Under the pieces are notes generated by a model. It worked only from the letters and a program-made list of their open reading frames with translations. It was not told the DNA's origin and did not search any database. The position numbers and the translations under genes were made by a program. Shown in pieces: positions 53,681-64,000 of a DNA stretch of 64,000 nucleotides (its first letter is position 1; each line of letters opens with the position of its first letter). Origin of the DNA: Octopus vulgaris (taxonomy: Eukaryota); NCBI GenBank assembly GCA_951406725.2, contig OX597815.1, positions 168,516,001-168,580,000 on the forward strand, in the 5' to 3' direction.

Positions 53681-53974
53681 CTTTATTATCAAAGCTACAA
53701 AAACATCACAAAAATATCACAAAAAAACTGCTGAGTTTCATGTTCCTGTTCATCGGGCAGTTACGATCAAGAATGGAATAAAAATTGTGATTTTTTTAAT
53801 TCCATTCTTGATCACAGCTACCCAACAAACGGGAATGTGAAACTCTGAGTAGAAGCTTTTTTGTGATATTTTTGTAATGTTTTTGCAGCTTTAATAAAAA
53901 AGTATATTACTCTACCTCCGGTATTCGAGTACTGTTTTTTTCCACCTTGCTTCACATTTATGAGGTTACTCAGG
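53681..53974. mobile_element. Penelope-like inverted terminal element with two decayed hammerheads
   Basis: Imperfect inverted repeat centred near 53788. Minus strand 53762-53726: AACTGC-CCGATGA-ACAGGAACAT-GAAA-CTCA-GCAGTT. Plus strand 53816-53857: ...CCAACAA-ACGGGAATGT-GAAA-CTCTGAGTA-GAAGCT. The element ends at (TA)n. Confidence 0.65.
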
Positions 53975-53996
53975 TATATATATATAAATATGAATG

Positions 53997-54035
<39 letters not shown>

Positions 54036-54078
54036 CGCTGCATAGTCTCCTTTAGAGAGACTTAGAAATATTTCTCTC

Positions 54079-54124
<46 letters not shown>

Positions 54125-55130
54125 CATACATACACACACACACTTATACATACACACATATACATAAATTGTTAGAGATAGATATGGTTTAACTCTACAT
54201 TCTTGAATTCATGTTGGCAACAAATCTTAGCAGATAACAACCCTCAAAATAGAAAAGAAGAATCTTTTCTTTATCAAAATGAATTGCAGGGGAGTAGAAA
54301 AATTCCTCGAAATATTGTTATATTACATAGAAGCTCTCTAATTGACATCAAAAACATTTGTGGATCATCTACAATTTTATAAGTATTCTACATTTTTTTT
54401 CTTGTCCTGCCTTCCTCCAGGGTACAAATAAGATTATTAAAAATTATAGCAAAGAACTGTCATGTAGCAACAGAAATTAAATTAGCCATAGAATTTGTTA
54501 CTGTCACGTTTAGATTTTTATCTGATTTCAAGATTTGGGGTTTTTTTCTTCTTTATTGGAATAAAGATGATTAACAAAATAGTTTGCCAATCTAAAACAA
54601 CAGGTTTTACAATGAACATTTTTTTTTTGTTTTTACTTTTGGCAAACACCCACATAGAAACATATTTTTATGCACGCATAAGATGCTGATTTATTGCCTG
54701 CATGCATGTGTATGTAAATATATAAAACTCTTAAATCTCTGTCAGCATTTGTGCATGTGGGTGCAATGTCAGGTTGCTTTAAGCACTAAAGGTACTGAAA
54801 TTCAGTACAACCAATTACACAGCTAGGTCATAAGTGACTAAATTGGCATCCCCACCAGGCTAGCTTGCTGAGAAGTGTTTGCAGAAACCAAGCAGGTTTC
54901 TAGCAATCTTTCTCACCAAGTTAAAACTGATGGTTCAAAGAGACACTGACCATCAAGAATTGAACATAGAAGTATGCAAGATGGTCAATGAGTGCACTGA
55001 GAGACCACTCTGGGAGTGATGGGTACTGTTCTTGTCAAAACATCTATCTAGAAAGGTAGAAAGGGCTTCTTAGCTGTGAGAGAATGGCAATCTATTAGCA
55101 CTGCTCTAGTGCCTTGTAGCTATATCAGCT

Positions 55131-55703
55131 ATAATTCATTAGCATTTAAACCAGCTATATGTAGCCAAAATATTCTACCTCTTTTATGTTCAAACTGGCC
55201 AGATCCTACCTCTCACACCTACCCTACAATGTCATTGTAAAAATAAACAGCCACACCATCAAAATTGTGAAGCTACAAGCAATGCGTGATTAATTCAAAA
55301 CAATGTAAATAAGTAAGCATTATAGAAGGTGCATGGTGTAGTGGTTAGAGCATCAGGCTCACAATCATGAGGTAGTGAGTTCAATTTCCAGACTGGGCTG
55401 TGTTGTGTTCTTGAACAAGACACTTTATTTCACATTGTTCCAGTTAACTCAGCTGTAGAAATGAGTTGGGACATCACTGGTGCCAAGCTCTATCAGTCTT
55501 TGTCTTTCCCTTGTATAATATTAGTGGCATGGAGAGGAGAGGCTGGTATGCATTGGCGACTGCTGGTATTCCATAAACAACCTTACCCAGTCTTGTGCCT
55601 CAGAGGGTAACTTTCTAGGTGCAATCCCATGGTCATTCATGACCAAAAGGGATCTTTACTTTTTTCACATTTAAAATAGTTATCTGAATGCTAAAAGGGT
55701 TAA
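55131..55703. mobile_element. piggyBac-type MITE (same family as 58409-58628) with a SINE inserted
   Basis: TTTAAACCAGCTATAT...AAAATATTCTACCT...TTATGTTCAAACT, right end GAATGCTAAAAGGG-TTAA. Confidence 0.7.
55325..55660 (+). mobile_element. tRNA-derived CORE-like SINE
   Basis: A box TGGTGTAGTGG, B box GAGTTCAATT, and a CORE-like TGTGTTCTTGAACAAGACACTTTATTTCAC...CTCAGCTGTAGAAATGAG. Confidence 0.75.
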
Positions 55704-56470
55704 TGCAGTTTCCAGTCAGCTGAATTTCCAGCAACTCCTACAACTAGAAAGAGATACTTGTCATCTTGCCATTGGATTTATCTCTTTCAAAGTAAAAAAG
55801 TGGTACTGGAAAATGCACATTTTCCAAGGGTGCTATGAAACTTCATTATACAGGTGTCTCTTCTTACAATGTGGAACATGGATCTTGGAGTGGATTTTGC
55901 ATTATAGTAATTAGGATATGACTTTTATGCCCTAGATATGACTATAAACTGCATCCAGTGATGGGACCCTGGTTTGGGAATTCCAGGGTTTTTGAAGCGT
56001 GTAACTTGGTTCCAATAGCCAGATGCCCTTCCCCATATCAACATGGATCAGGCAGATTTTTTTCATGGACCAAAAGCCCTTCTTCTGGCCAACACACACA
56101 TGTTTCCTGGCAAGATAATGTTTCCCCATGACCAGACATGTTTTTATGCATGAATAAAAAAGAATGACACTGTTTGCATGATGATGACAGTCATTTACAA
56201 CAACCATGCAAAGTCAAGGCAATGAAACAGGAAACACACACATGACAGGCTTCTTTCAGTTTCTGTCTACCAATTCCATTTATTGCTTTTGTGAGCCCAG
56301 GGCTATCATAGGAGACATTTGCTCAAGGTGCCATGCAGTAGGACTGAACCTAAAACCATGTAACTGTGAAGCAAACTTCTTACCACATAACCACCAATGC
56401 CTGCGTCTTACAGCAGCATGTATTCCTATAGCCCTGCCTGTATACTGATATAGGCATACACACATACACA

Positions 56471-57335
56471 CATCATCATTGTTTAACATCCGTTTTCCAT
56501 GCTGGCATGGGCTGGACAGTTTGACTGAGGTCTGGAGAGCCAGCAGCTGCACCAGCCTCTAATCTGATCTGGCAAGGTTTCTACAGCTGGATGCCTTTCC
56601 TAACGCCAACCACTCCAAGAGTGTAGTGGGTGGTTTTTATGTTCCATTGGCACAGGGGCCAGTTAGGCAAGCCTGGTATCGATCACATTCAGATTGTGCT
56701 TTTTATGTGCCACTGGCATGAGAGCCAGTCAGTGGGTACTGGCATCAGCTATGTTTGGATGGAGCTTTTTACATACCACCAGCATGGGAGCCAGTCAGGC
56801 AGATCTGGCATCGACCATGTTCAGATGGTGCTTTTAAGTACCACTGGCACAGGAGCCAGTCAAGGGCACTGGCCACAGCTACGATATTGGTTTTAATTGA
56901 CTCAACAGGTCTTCTTAAGCATATCATATCGCCCAATGCATCAGAGGTAATCTTAACTGGGCTAGACATGTGTGGCTGCAATCTCACTTTAGTCACTAGG
57001 TCTTCTCAATCACAGCATATCTCCAAAGGTCTCTGTGAGGCCCAATGTTTGAAGGCCATGCTTCACCACTTCATCCCATGTTTTCCTGGGTCTATCTCTT
57101 CCACAGGTTCCTTCCACAGTTAGGGAGTGGCACTTCCTCATGCAACTGTCCTCATCATACATAACATATGACCATACCAGCGCAGTCGTCTCTCTTGCAC
57201 AACACATTTGATGCTTCTTATGCCCAACTTTTCTCGCAGAGCACTTACACTCTGTCCAGTATGCACACTGACATTACACATCCAGCAGATCATACTATCT
57301 TCATTTCTTTCAAGCCTACACATGTCCTCAGCAGT
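56471..57335 (-). mobile_element. RTE-clade LINE, ORF2 C-terminus plus 3' UTR
   Basis: RLERNEDSMICWMCNV...ALREKLGIRSIKCVVQERRLRWYGH...CHSLTVEGTCGRDRPRKTWDEVVK, followed by a UTR with ~63-bp units and a (GAT)n tail. Confidence 0.88.
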
Positions 57336-57419
57336 AGCCTACACACACATATGTGTGTGTGTGTGGTATTCAAATGATTTCACTGCACCTCTTGTGTGTC
57401 ATATAGTTTGATGTCTGTT

Positions 57420-58010
57420 TCCTGTTTACTAACACTTTGGTCAACATTAAATTAACTTTAAGATCCTTTGATTCTCAATTTTGCTTCTACACCTGAAGTT
57501 TCTTTTCTAATTCTACTAAATTCAGTCATCAGTATATAGCAGTTCCCATATGCATTCAGTCTTAAACTCTCCAGCTATAGCTTGAAGGACAACAATGAAT
57601 TAAAGGGGACTGAGAACAGAGCCCTAATGGACCCCAAAGTCACACTGAATTCATTGCAATATTCATTACAAACTCTCACAAACTATTTGTTTGCTCCTAG
57701 CTTCCTCAGGGACTACCAGATCAAAGAGTATGGTATCCTGTCAAAGGCTTTCTCTGGGTTGACAAATGTTAAATACGGTAGCCTACTTTAAGCTAAATAC
57801 TTCTCTTACAATTACCTCACCAGGAAGAGAACATATTAGTACTTCTCCAGACATAAAAAACAAACTGCATCTCATCCAGGCTGATTCTCTTCCTAGTTTT
57901 ATTGAGCTATAACTCTTCTCCTGTATCTTTCATGACCTGGTCTAGCAGTTTGATACCTCAGTAATTAACTCTCTCTAAATCATCTCATTTATCCTTGTAA
58001 CAGCTGACTG
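57420..58010 (-). mobile_element. Degenerate LINE reverse-transcriptase fragment (RTE-like)
   Basis: The minus strand reads ...FVNPEKAFDRIPYSLIW*SLRKL (about 57770-57700) and a GVHxGSVLSPL-like motif (about 57635-57600). Confidence 0.65.
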
Positions 58011-58235
58011 TGTGTATGGGTGTGTGTATGCATATGTGTATGTGTGTGTGTGTGTACAAATGTATGTGTATACATTTGTTTATATGAATATATAAGGTGG
58101 TATCAAACAGTTCCTGGACTAGTTATGTATAATAAAAAAATAACTTATTTACCTAAGTTTTAACATCATCTCCTTCAAAATAGCCTTGTGCAGCAATATA
58201 CTGCGACTTTTGGAATCCAGCAAAGAAATCATTTT

Positions 58236-58871
58236 GGATCTTTTCGGTTTGAACGGCAGTTTTTTCTAGCAGTATCATATGAAATTGTCACCCATAATTA
58301 TGACCCTAGTATCGATCTATTGCATTTCAATCTGTTTTAGGGTTAGGGTTAGGGGAAGGGTTATCTTTTTTTGTTCACAAATGTAAATAAACCCAATCTG
58401 TTTCTTAACCCTTTAGTGTTTAAACTGGCCATATCCGGCCAAAATATTCTACCTATTTTATGTTCAAACTAGTCAGATATGGTCATTTATAGCTACCTTA
58501 TTGTGTCATTTTAAAAATAAACAATCACATCATTGAAATCTCAAAGCCATGAAATGAGGCAAGATTAATTTTACATGGTGTGAATACATAAGCTTTACAT
58601 TTGACAGAATAATCTGAATGCTAAAGGGTTAAACGAGGGACATATTCATACGGCACAGAATGTTTTTTACCTCAATAGACATCAGTGATTGGTTGAAATT
58701 GCAAAAATTGAAGAAAAAAAACAACAAATATCTTGCAAACTATAGAATTTTCTCAATAAAGCCAAAAGAAAAAGATGTTTTATAAACACATTCTACCAGT
58801 ATACAAAGTTTAAAATTTTTTTAGTTACCTAGAAATTATGTTAAAAACTGCCGTTCAAACCAAAAAGATCC
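58236..58871. mobile_element. Second copy of the GGATCTTTTCGG MITE
   Basis: Same TIRs and body as 24812-25226, TSD ATCATTTT/GTCATTTT. Confidence 0.85.
58409..58628. mobile_element. piggyBac-type MITE
   Basis: TTAA-CCCTTTAG ... CTAAAGGG-TTAA. The empty TTAA site (TTTCTTAAACGAGG) is visible in the uninterrupted host copy at about 24985. Confidence 0.9.
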
Positions 58872-61155
58872 GTCATTTTCTGTAAGCAAGTCTTGGACCT
58901 TCTGTGGTTCACTCTTGATCTTGACAGCAGTGTAAAAACATCAACCTTTGAGCTGCATTTTCATCTTGGGGAAAAGATGGAAGTCTGCAGACGCTAAATC
59001 TAGTGGATAGAATGGGTGTGGAAGCAATACCATGTTGTTTCTGGTGAGGAACTCACAAGGTTGGTGTCAGGGTGCATTGTCATCATGAAGAATTGGATTC
59101 TTCACATTCCACATATCCAGTTGCTTTCGTCAATGTCCTCCCTCAAACACTTCAAAATGTCATAGTAGAACTCTCGATTGATGGTCTGGCACTGGGGGAC
59201 GAATTTTTGATGCACAATACCACAAATGTTGAAAACAATGATGAGCATGCTCATGATTGAGCTGTGGCTTTTGAAGCGCCCATGCCACTCGAAACATTGA
59301 GTACAACTCATTGCTGTAAGATTGTCAATACATGCTCAATGTCTCTGTAGCAGGCTTCCGAAGTTTAACGCAAAATTTCATGTTGGCTCTTTGTTCCAAC
59401 TTCCTCTTCATGACAAAAATCGCAGACTTATGTGATCATAAAAGCAAAAATTTCACAACTCACAAAGTAAACACAGCGATGTCACTCTGCACACTTGCCT
59501 CATAAAGGTCACTGCTAGCCCTCACTGTGTGCTGCCATCTGTTGGCATGCTACAAAACTAGTCTGCGAACTTTTTGATACCACCTCATATGTAACTATAT
59601 ATATATATGTGTATACATATACTTATCTATACATATATGTATGTGTATACATATACATATCTATCTACCTATCTCTTTCTCTCTCTCTCTATAGATATAT
59701 ATATACATATACACACATGCATCTGTGTGTACGTGTAAGATACACATATAGTAGAGACACACACACGTGTGTGTATGTATACGCACATTTATGTGTGGAG
59801 TGGTGGGGTGGAGATGTCAAAATATTTATTTGCAAGAAGCTATGTATTTTCTGATCTTTATGCATTCTTGTCTTGTAACTAGCCAACTATAATAGTATAG
59901 ATTTCATTGTGCATAGACTATATATATACATACATGCATGCAAAGAAGCGCTTATTTGTGTATATACTTTTGATAACATGTGTGTGTGTGTGAAAGAGAG
60001 AGAGAATTATCTCTATGTACCCAGAACTTGAAAATATTTTTAATTTTCAATCATTAACCAGGAAATCAAAATTGTGTTAAAGAGTTATTGGCCTTGAGCT
60101 TAATGAACAAGGGAAAATGAAATTTTCGAGATGACAAGAATTCCTTAATACTGTAATTGTGACGACAACGACGACGATACTTATAATGGTGAATGTAATG
60201 ATGATGATGATGGTGGTGATGCTATATCTATCACCATGCTTTTAAATTATTTTGATTAATAAAATTGCCATATTTGTTGAGAAACAACAAATGTTTATCA
60301 TTGGTTTTTGGTGAGTTTTTCAATGAACTGGGGGTTTTTAGGGGGAGGGGGGAACCAATACCTACATGTAGAATGTTATAAACCTTGGAACCTTATGGAC
60401 AATTTGGCTATTTAGTACTTGGTAGTAACTTGAAAAGGTTTGTAGGTGTTAGTAAAAAAAAGGAAAAAAAACTTTTCCGATAAGTATTCCTGCTTTTACA
60501 TTGTATTGATCATGAAGTTTTTGAGTAAAAGAACTTTTATTGGTTACCTGATCAATAATATGGGAAAAAGTACCACAAATAGTTAACAAATTTAAGAATA
60601 AAAATTCCCATTTTCAAAAGGAAAAAAAATATTAAACACATCCACTGAAAATTTTGCAGTGGTCAATAATTGATTTAAATTTAGTACTGATATATAGTTT
60701 AAATATTTTTATATCACTTAAAAGTGAGGAAAAAAAAAAAAAGAAGTGTTTTACTATTTTTGTTGAAGGAAGAAATATAGATTACCATGAAATGAATAAT
60801 ATGTAATTTTATCCTTCAAAAACATGTGTACATATATGAAATACCTAAATAGCAAATATATTCAAATAAGAAAAGAATTTTATATGGAAATTCACAATAT
60901 ATTCATGTAAATAGTACTTTTATATAAAAACTCACAAACTAAATTATCTATTACTGGATTATGTATAAAATATATTTAAGAATAATATAAAATGCTTTCT
61001 AATCTTGTTTGACTCTGAAACAAGGCAGAATAGAATTCTCAATCTGAATGAGAAATATTTCGCTGTGCAAATACCTTTTCTAAAATTCAATCAAACTAGT
61101 ATGTGCATGTGTGTGTGTACGTGCGTGCGTGTAATACAATATTAGTTATTCTTAC

Positions 61156-62356
61156 CATATATATTCCTGTCTGTATCTTTGCTTTCATTTGCAGATATAT
61201 TTCGTCCAGAATTCCATTTGGACGATGTGTAACGATTTGTATTTTGTGATTCTGCAGCAGTTGGAGTTACATGTTTCATACGCTGTTTCTGCCAGAGTTT
61301 CAGTTCGTTAAGAATATTGGCTTTGCTTTGGTCTCTTGGTGGCACTTGGGGTGGAGACAAGGAACGTTGGTGTGTATTAGATGCATGTGTGGGTAAAGAT
61401 GCCTGGTCAGTTGCAAAAGGTTCTTGTGTATCAGTATTATATTGAAGGTGTGAGTGGCTCACCTGTCGTGATTGAAGGGGTGGCCTGTCTGCAGATCTTG
61501 TGAGACAAGGTAAACGTTGGTTGTGAGTAAACTTGTCATTAGACACAGCATTGTTTCCTACTCCAGTTCCAATAGATTGAAGACTGTTATTATTGTTATA
61601 TCGACTAGTATCGTGGTTACTATTAACCGGGGTGTTGTAATGTGTATTGCTTGAATTATAATGACTAGCTGATGTCTGATAATGAGTGTTGTGTTGATGA
61701 CCACTGCTATGCACATTGGTTGTCACGTTTGTCGCACTGTTCTGATGGCCTAAGGTAGTGTGCTGACTGCTGCCCAGTCGGCCAGGCACATTCGTTATAC
61801 CAGTGGCTGGAGTTAAGCTGCTGTTAAAGACATCCGCCGCAGTGTTGTGATGCCGATTGAAAAACTGACCATCAATATTTGGCGAAAGATTTATGTGGCC
61901 GTACTGCTCTTGTGACCCTGTGTAATTCATATTTTTTTCATCATTATAATTGTTTAATTTGTTTTCCTTACCCAAGAAAACCCCATCTTGATCTGATTGC
62001 TCAACATCAGTATTATTGTGAGAATCATCAAGTCTGTTTCGCCACAGAACGAGTTTAAGACCGGCTACAAATCTATCAAAATTCAAATAACCATTTGGTG
62101 GTGTCACTTTTCTGAGAGCATCTACAACACCAGGCGGAAGGCCTTTAACACCGTCTTCCTTCCATCGGCTTTCAATATCCAATAATCGAACATAACCACT
62201 GTGGTTTTCATCAAGAATATCGAAAAGAATTCTTAGAGAAGATACAAACTGTTTAGGGAGATCATCAGTCGTGTTACTATTTTTAAGGTTACATAAAGAA
62301 GTATTGCTGTTGATCGATTGATACTGTTGTTGATGAGAACTATCGATATGAGACAT
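61156..62356 (-). CDS. SAPCD2: First coding exon of a suppressor APC domain-containing protein 2 (SAPCD2/p42.3)-like gene
   Basis: The N-terminal block LPKQFVSSLRILFDILDENHSGYVRLLDIESRW...LPPGVVDALRKVTPPNGYLNFDRFVAGLK matches the EF-hand-like N-terminus of SAPCD2 as I recall it (human LPRAFLQSLRTLFDILD...LREIESRW...GYLTFERFVAGLR). The ATG at 62356 has A at -3. A G|GTAAG donor lies at 61156/61155, giving 400 codons + 1 nt (phase 1). The C-terminal coiled-coil exons were not found in the window. Confidence 0.88.
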
Positions 62357-62489
62357 CGTTTTGAAACCGCAAACACATAGATAATCAAATCAACTATCAA
62401 CAAGCGATAACAAAGAAACAAAAAGTAATTTCTAACGTGAAACAATGAATGAAACACGAAAAATGATAAATCAGCAGATTTTGTCGGCA

Positions 62490-62780
62490 GACGAATTCAA
62501 ATCAAAACGTGCATGAGAATTTGTTGATGTTTTCTTTTCCGTTCCTGTACTTTCCAGATATAAATAACAAACGTAAGAAACAATGCATTAATTTGTGAGA
62601 TTATTCAGAAAGGGAGAGAAGAAGAAAAAAAAAACGAATAGCTCACTAAAAACAAAAAAAGAATAATGAAGCTCAAAATATGACCTAAGGTAGGCAGAGA
62701 GTGCGCGAATAACGATTTAAAGTGGGTTTAGGTCAGACTAACGAAGGCCGACGACACTTTTGATTGGTCAGGTCGAGTGG
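62490..62780 (-). promoter_or_regulatory. Putative promoter / 5' region of the SAPCD2-like gene
   Basis: Repeat-free, locally CpG-richer stretch upstream of the ATG. On the minus strand it has a CCAAT box (TGACCAATCA, 62761-62770), TTTAAA (62716-62721), an E2F-like TTCGCGC (62703-62709) and TTTGAA (62496-62501). Confidence 0.35.
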
Positions 62781-63735
62781 GCACTTTAGCCGTATAAGCA
62801 AAACAAAATTATGAGTGGAACAAACGAAACGAGAAATTTAAATAAATTCAATTAAAAAATGTCTATATTTACAATTTAATGCACTTTGTGGATGGTAAAA
62901 CTATTTTCTTTACATTTCTTTAAAGAAATGAAGCAATGTAAACTTTCATTTTATTGTTCAAGTGGTAAGCAACACTGTTTTTTAAGGTATGAAATCAAAA
63001 AGTATAAAACAAAACAAAGAAAGAAAAACTGTCGGGTCGTTGGTCACATTTATTAATTTTATACTTTCAATACGTTAGAAGCATGCAGTCAAGTGGTTGT
63101 CACGAAATGGTTTGTCAAATGATTTTACTTAGTTAAATAAATACTGTTGAGAAAAACAGATTCTTGAGAAGTACCACTTTAAAAGTAAAAAAAATAATAA
63201 TAATAAAATAAAAATGAAATGAAGGAAAGTATTTTTGAAAGTTAACAAAACTTGTTATTCGTGCTCACAATGATATATTTACGCAGTGAAAGTTTCTTTT
63301 CCTCTTTATTATTTTCTTTTGCTTTCTATATTTAATTCATACATTATCAATTTTAAGTATATTTACTCGAGGAATCAAAACTGTAAGGAAAAGGTAGAGT
63401 TATTTGACTCAGTGTGCGACTGATACTGTTTAACGATTCTCGAAGGTAAGGTCGTAATTATAAAAATAAACAAAAAAATTATTACTCCCTATCGACTCAG
63501 TGAAATAACTGCAATTAGAAAAAAACTGTCTATAACTGCATCACTGTCTATGACTACTCTTAAAATAATCACATCATGATCAATGCTTTCTGGATCAATC
63601 GTTGAACTTCGATCTAAGCTGTGTTTTTTCTTTTTACCGTTTTATGTTGTAGGTTATGTCTTCGGTGGAACATTAAACTCGTCGAAGTCGTGAAGAAATG
63701 ATTTATTGTTCAATAATGCAGTCTTTCTCCTTATC

Positions 63736-63737
63736 TA

Positions 63738-63803
<66 letters not shown>

Positions 63804-63836
63804 GGCTTAGTAAAATAAATTACTTTGCCACATACT

Positions 63837-63872
<36 letters not shown>
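63736..63872. repeat. (TA)n array interrupted by a ~40-bp insert
   Basis: Seen directly in the sequence. Confidence 0.9.
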
Positions 63873-63873
<1 letters not shown>

Positions 63874-64000
63874 GTAAACACGCGCGTCTTTGTTTTTTTG
63901 TTTTTTAATACATTTAGTAACCTTCGTTATAGTATTATAAAAATGTTTCAGATAAGAGAGGAGTCACGTTTTAATATATTCACCTCTTCATTTCTTGATC

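Larger units (their letters stand above)
58093..59587 (-). mobile_element. Internally deleted mariner element with two nested MITEs
   Basis: TIRs (T)AAGGTGGTATCAAACAGTTCCTGGACTAGTT / AACTAGTCTGCGAACTTTTTGATACCACCTCA with TA flanks. Transposase pieces MKRKLEQRANMKFCVKL, FNICGIVHQKFVP..QTINREFY and LHDDNAP. Confidence 0.8.

Noticed and set aside
61142-61155. ORF continuing to the stop at 61142 as a single-exon gene
   Set aside because: A consensus donor precedes the stop and the SAPCD2 C-terminal domains are missing, so the last codons are probably intronic.

Overview
AT-rich, microsatellite-dense eukaryotic DNA, most likely an octopus/coleoid cephalopod genome (inferred from the SINE, RTE and MITE repertoire). 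The only host coding sequence I recognise is the first coding exon of a SAPCD2-like gene on the minus strand (62356..61156, ending at a G|GTAAG donor). Positions 1-61155 therefore look like one very large intron, or an intron with short exons I cannot recognise. This region is packed with tRNA-derived SINEs, CR1 and RTE LINE fragments, Helitron, Tc1/mariner, hAT and piggyBac-type elements, several of them nested with readable target-site duplications. The most notable signal is at least seven short Penelope-like (PLE) or retrozyme-like elements carrying type I hammerhead ribozyme motifs, mostly in or next to (TA)n arrays. They include a TSD-flanked element in which a tRNA-like Pol III head sits between two inverted hammerhead-bearing arms (37283-37697), a perfect 66-bp inverted hammerhead pair (10648-10799), and a 334-bp tandem unit with a GIY-YIG-like tail and a hammerhead (4536-5208). 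A Tc1 element with DD36E (Incomer-like) spacing is also present. Most listed ORFs are microsatellite translation artefacts. All family assignments are by eye and from memory, with no database search.
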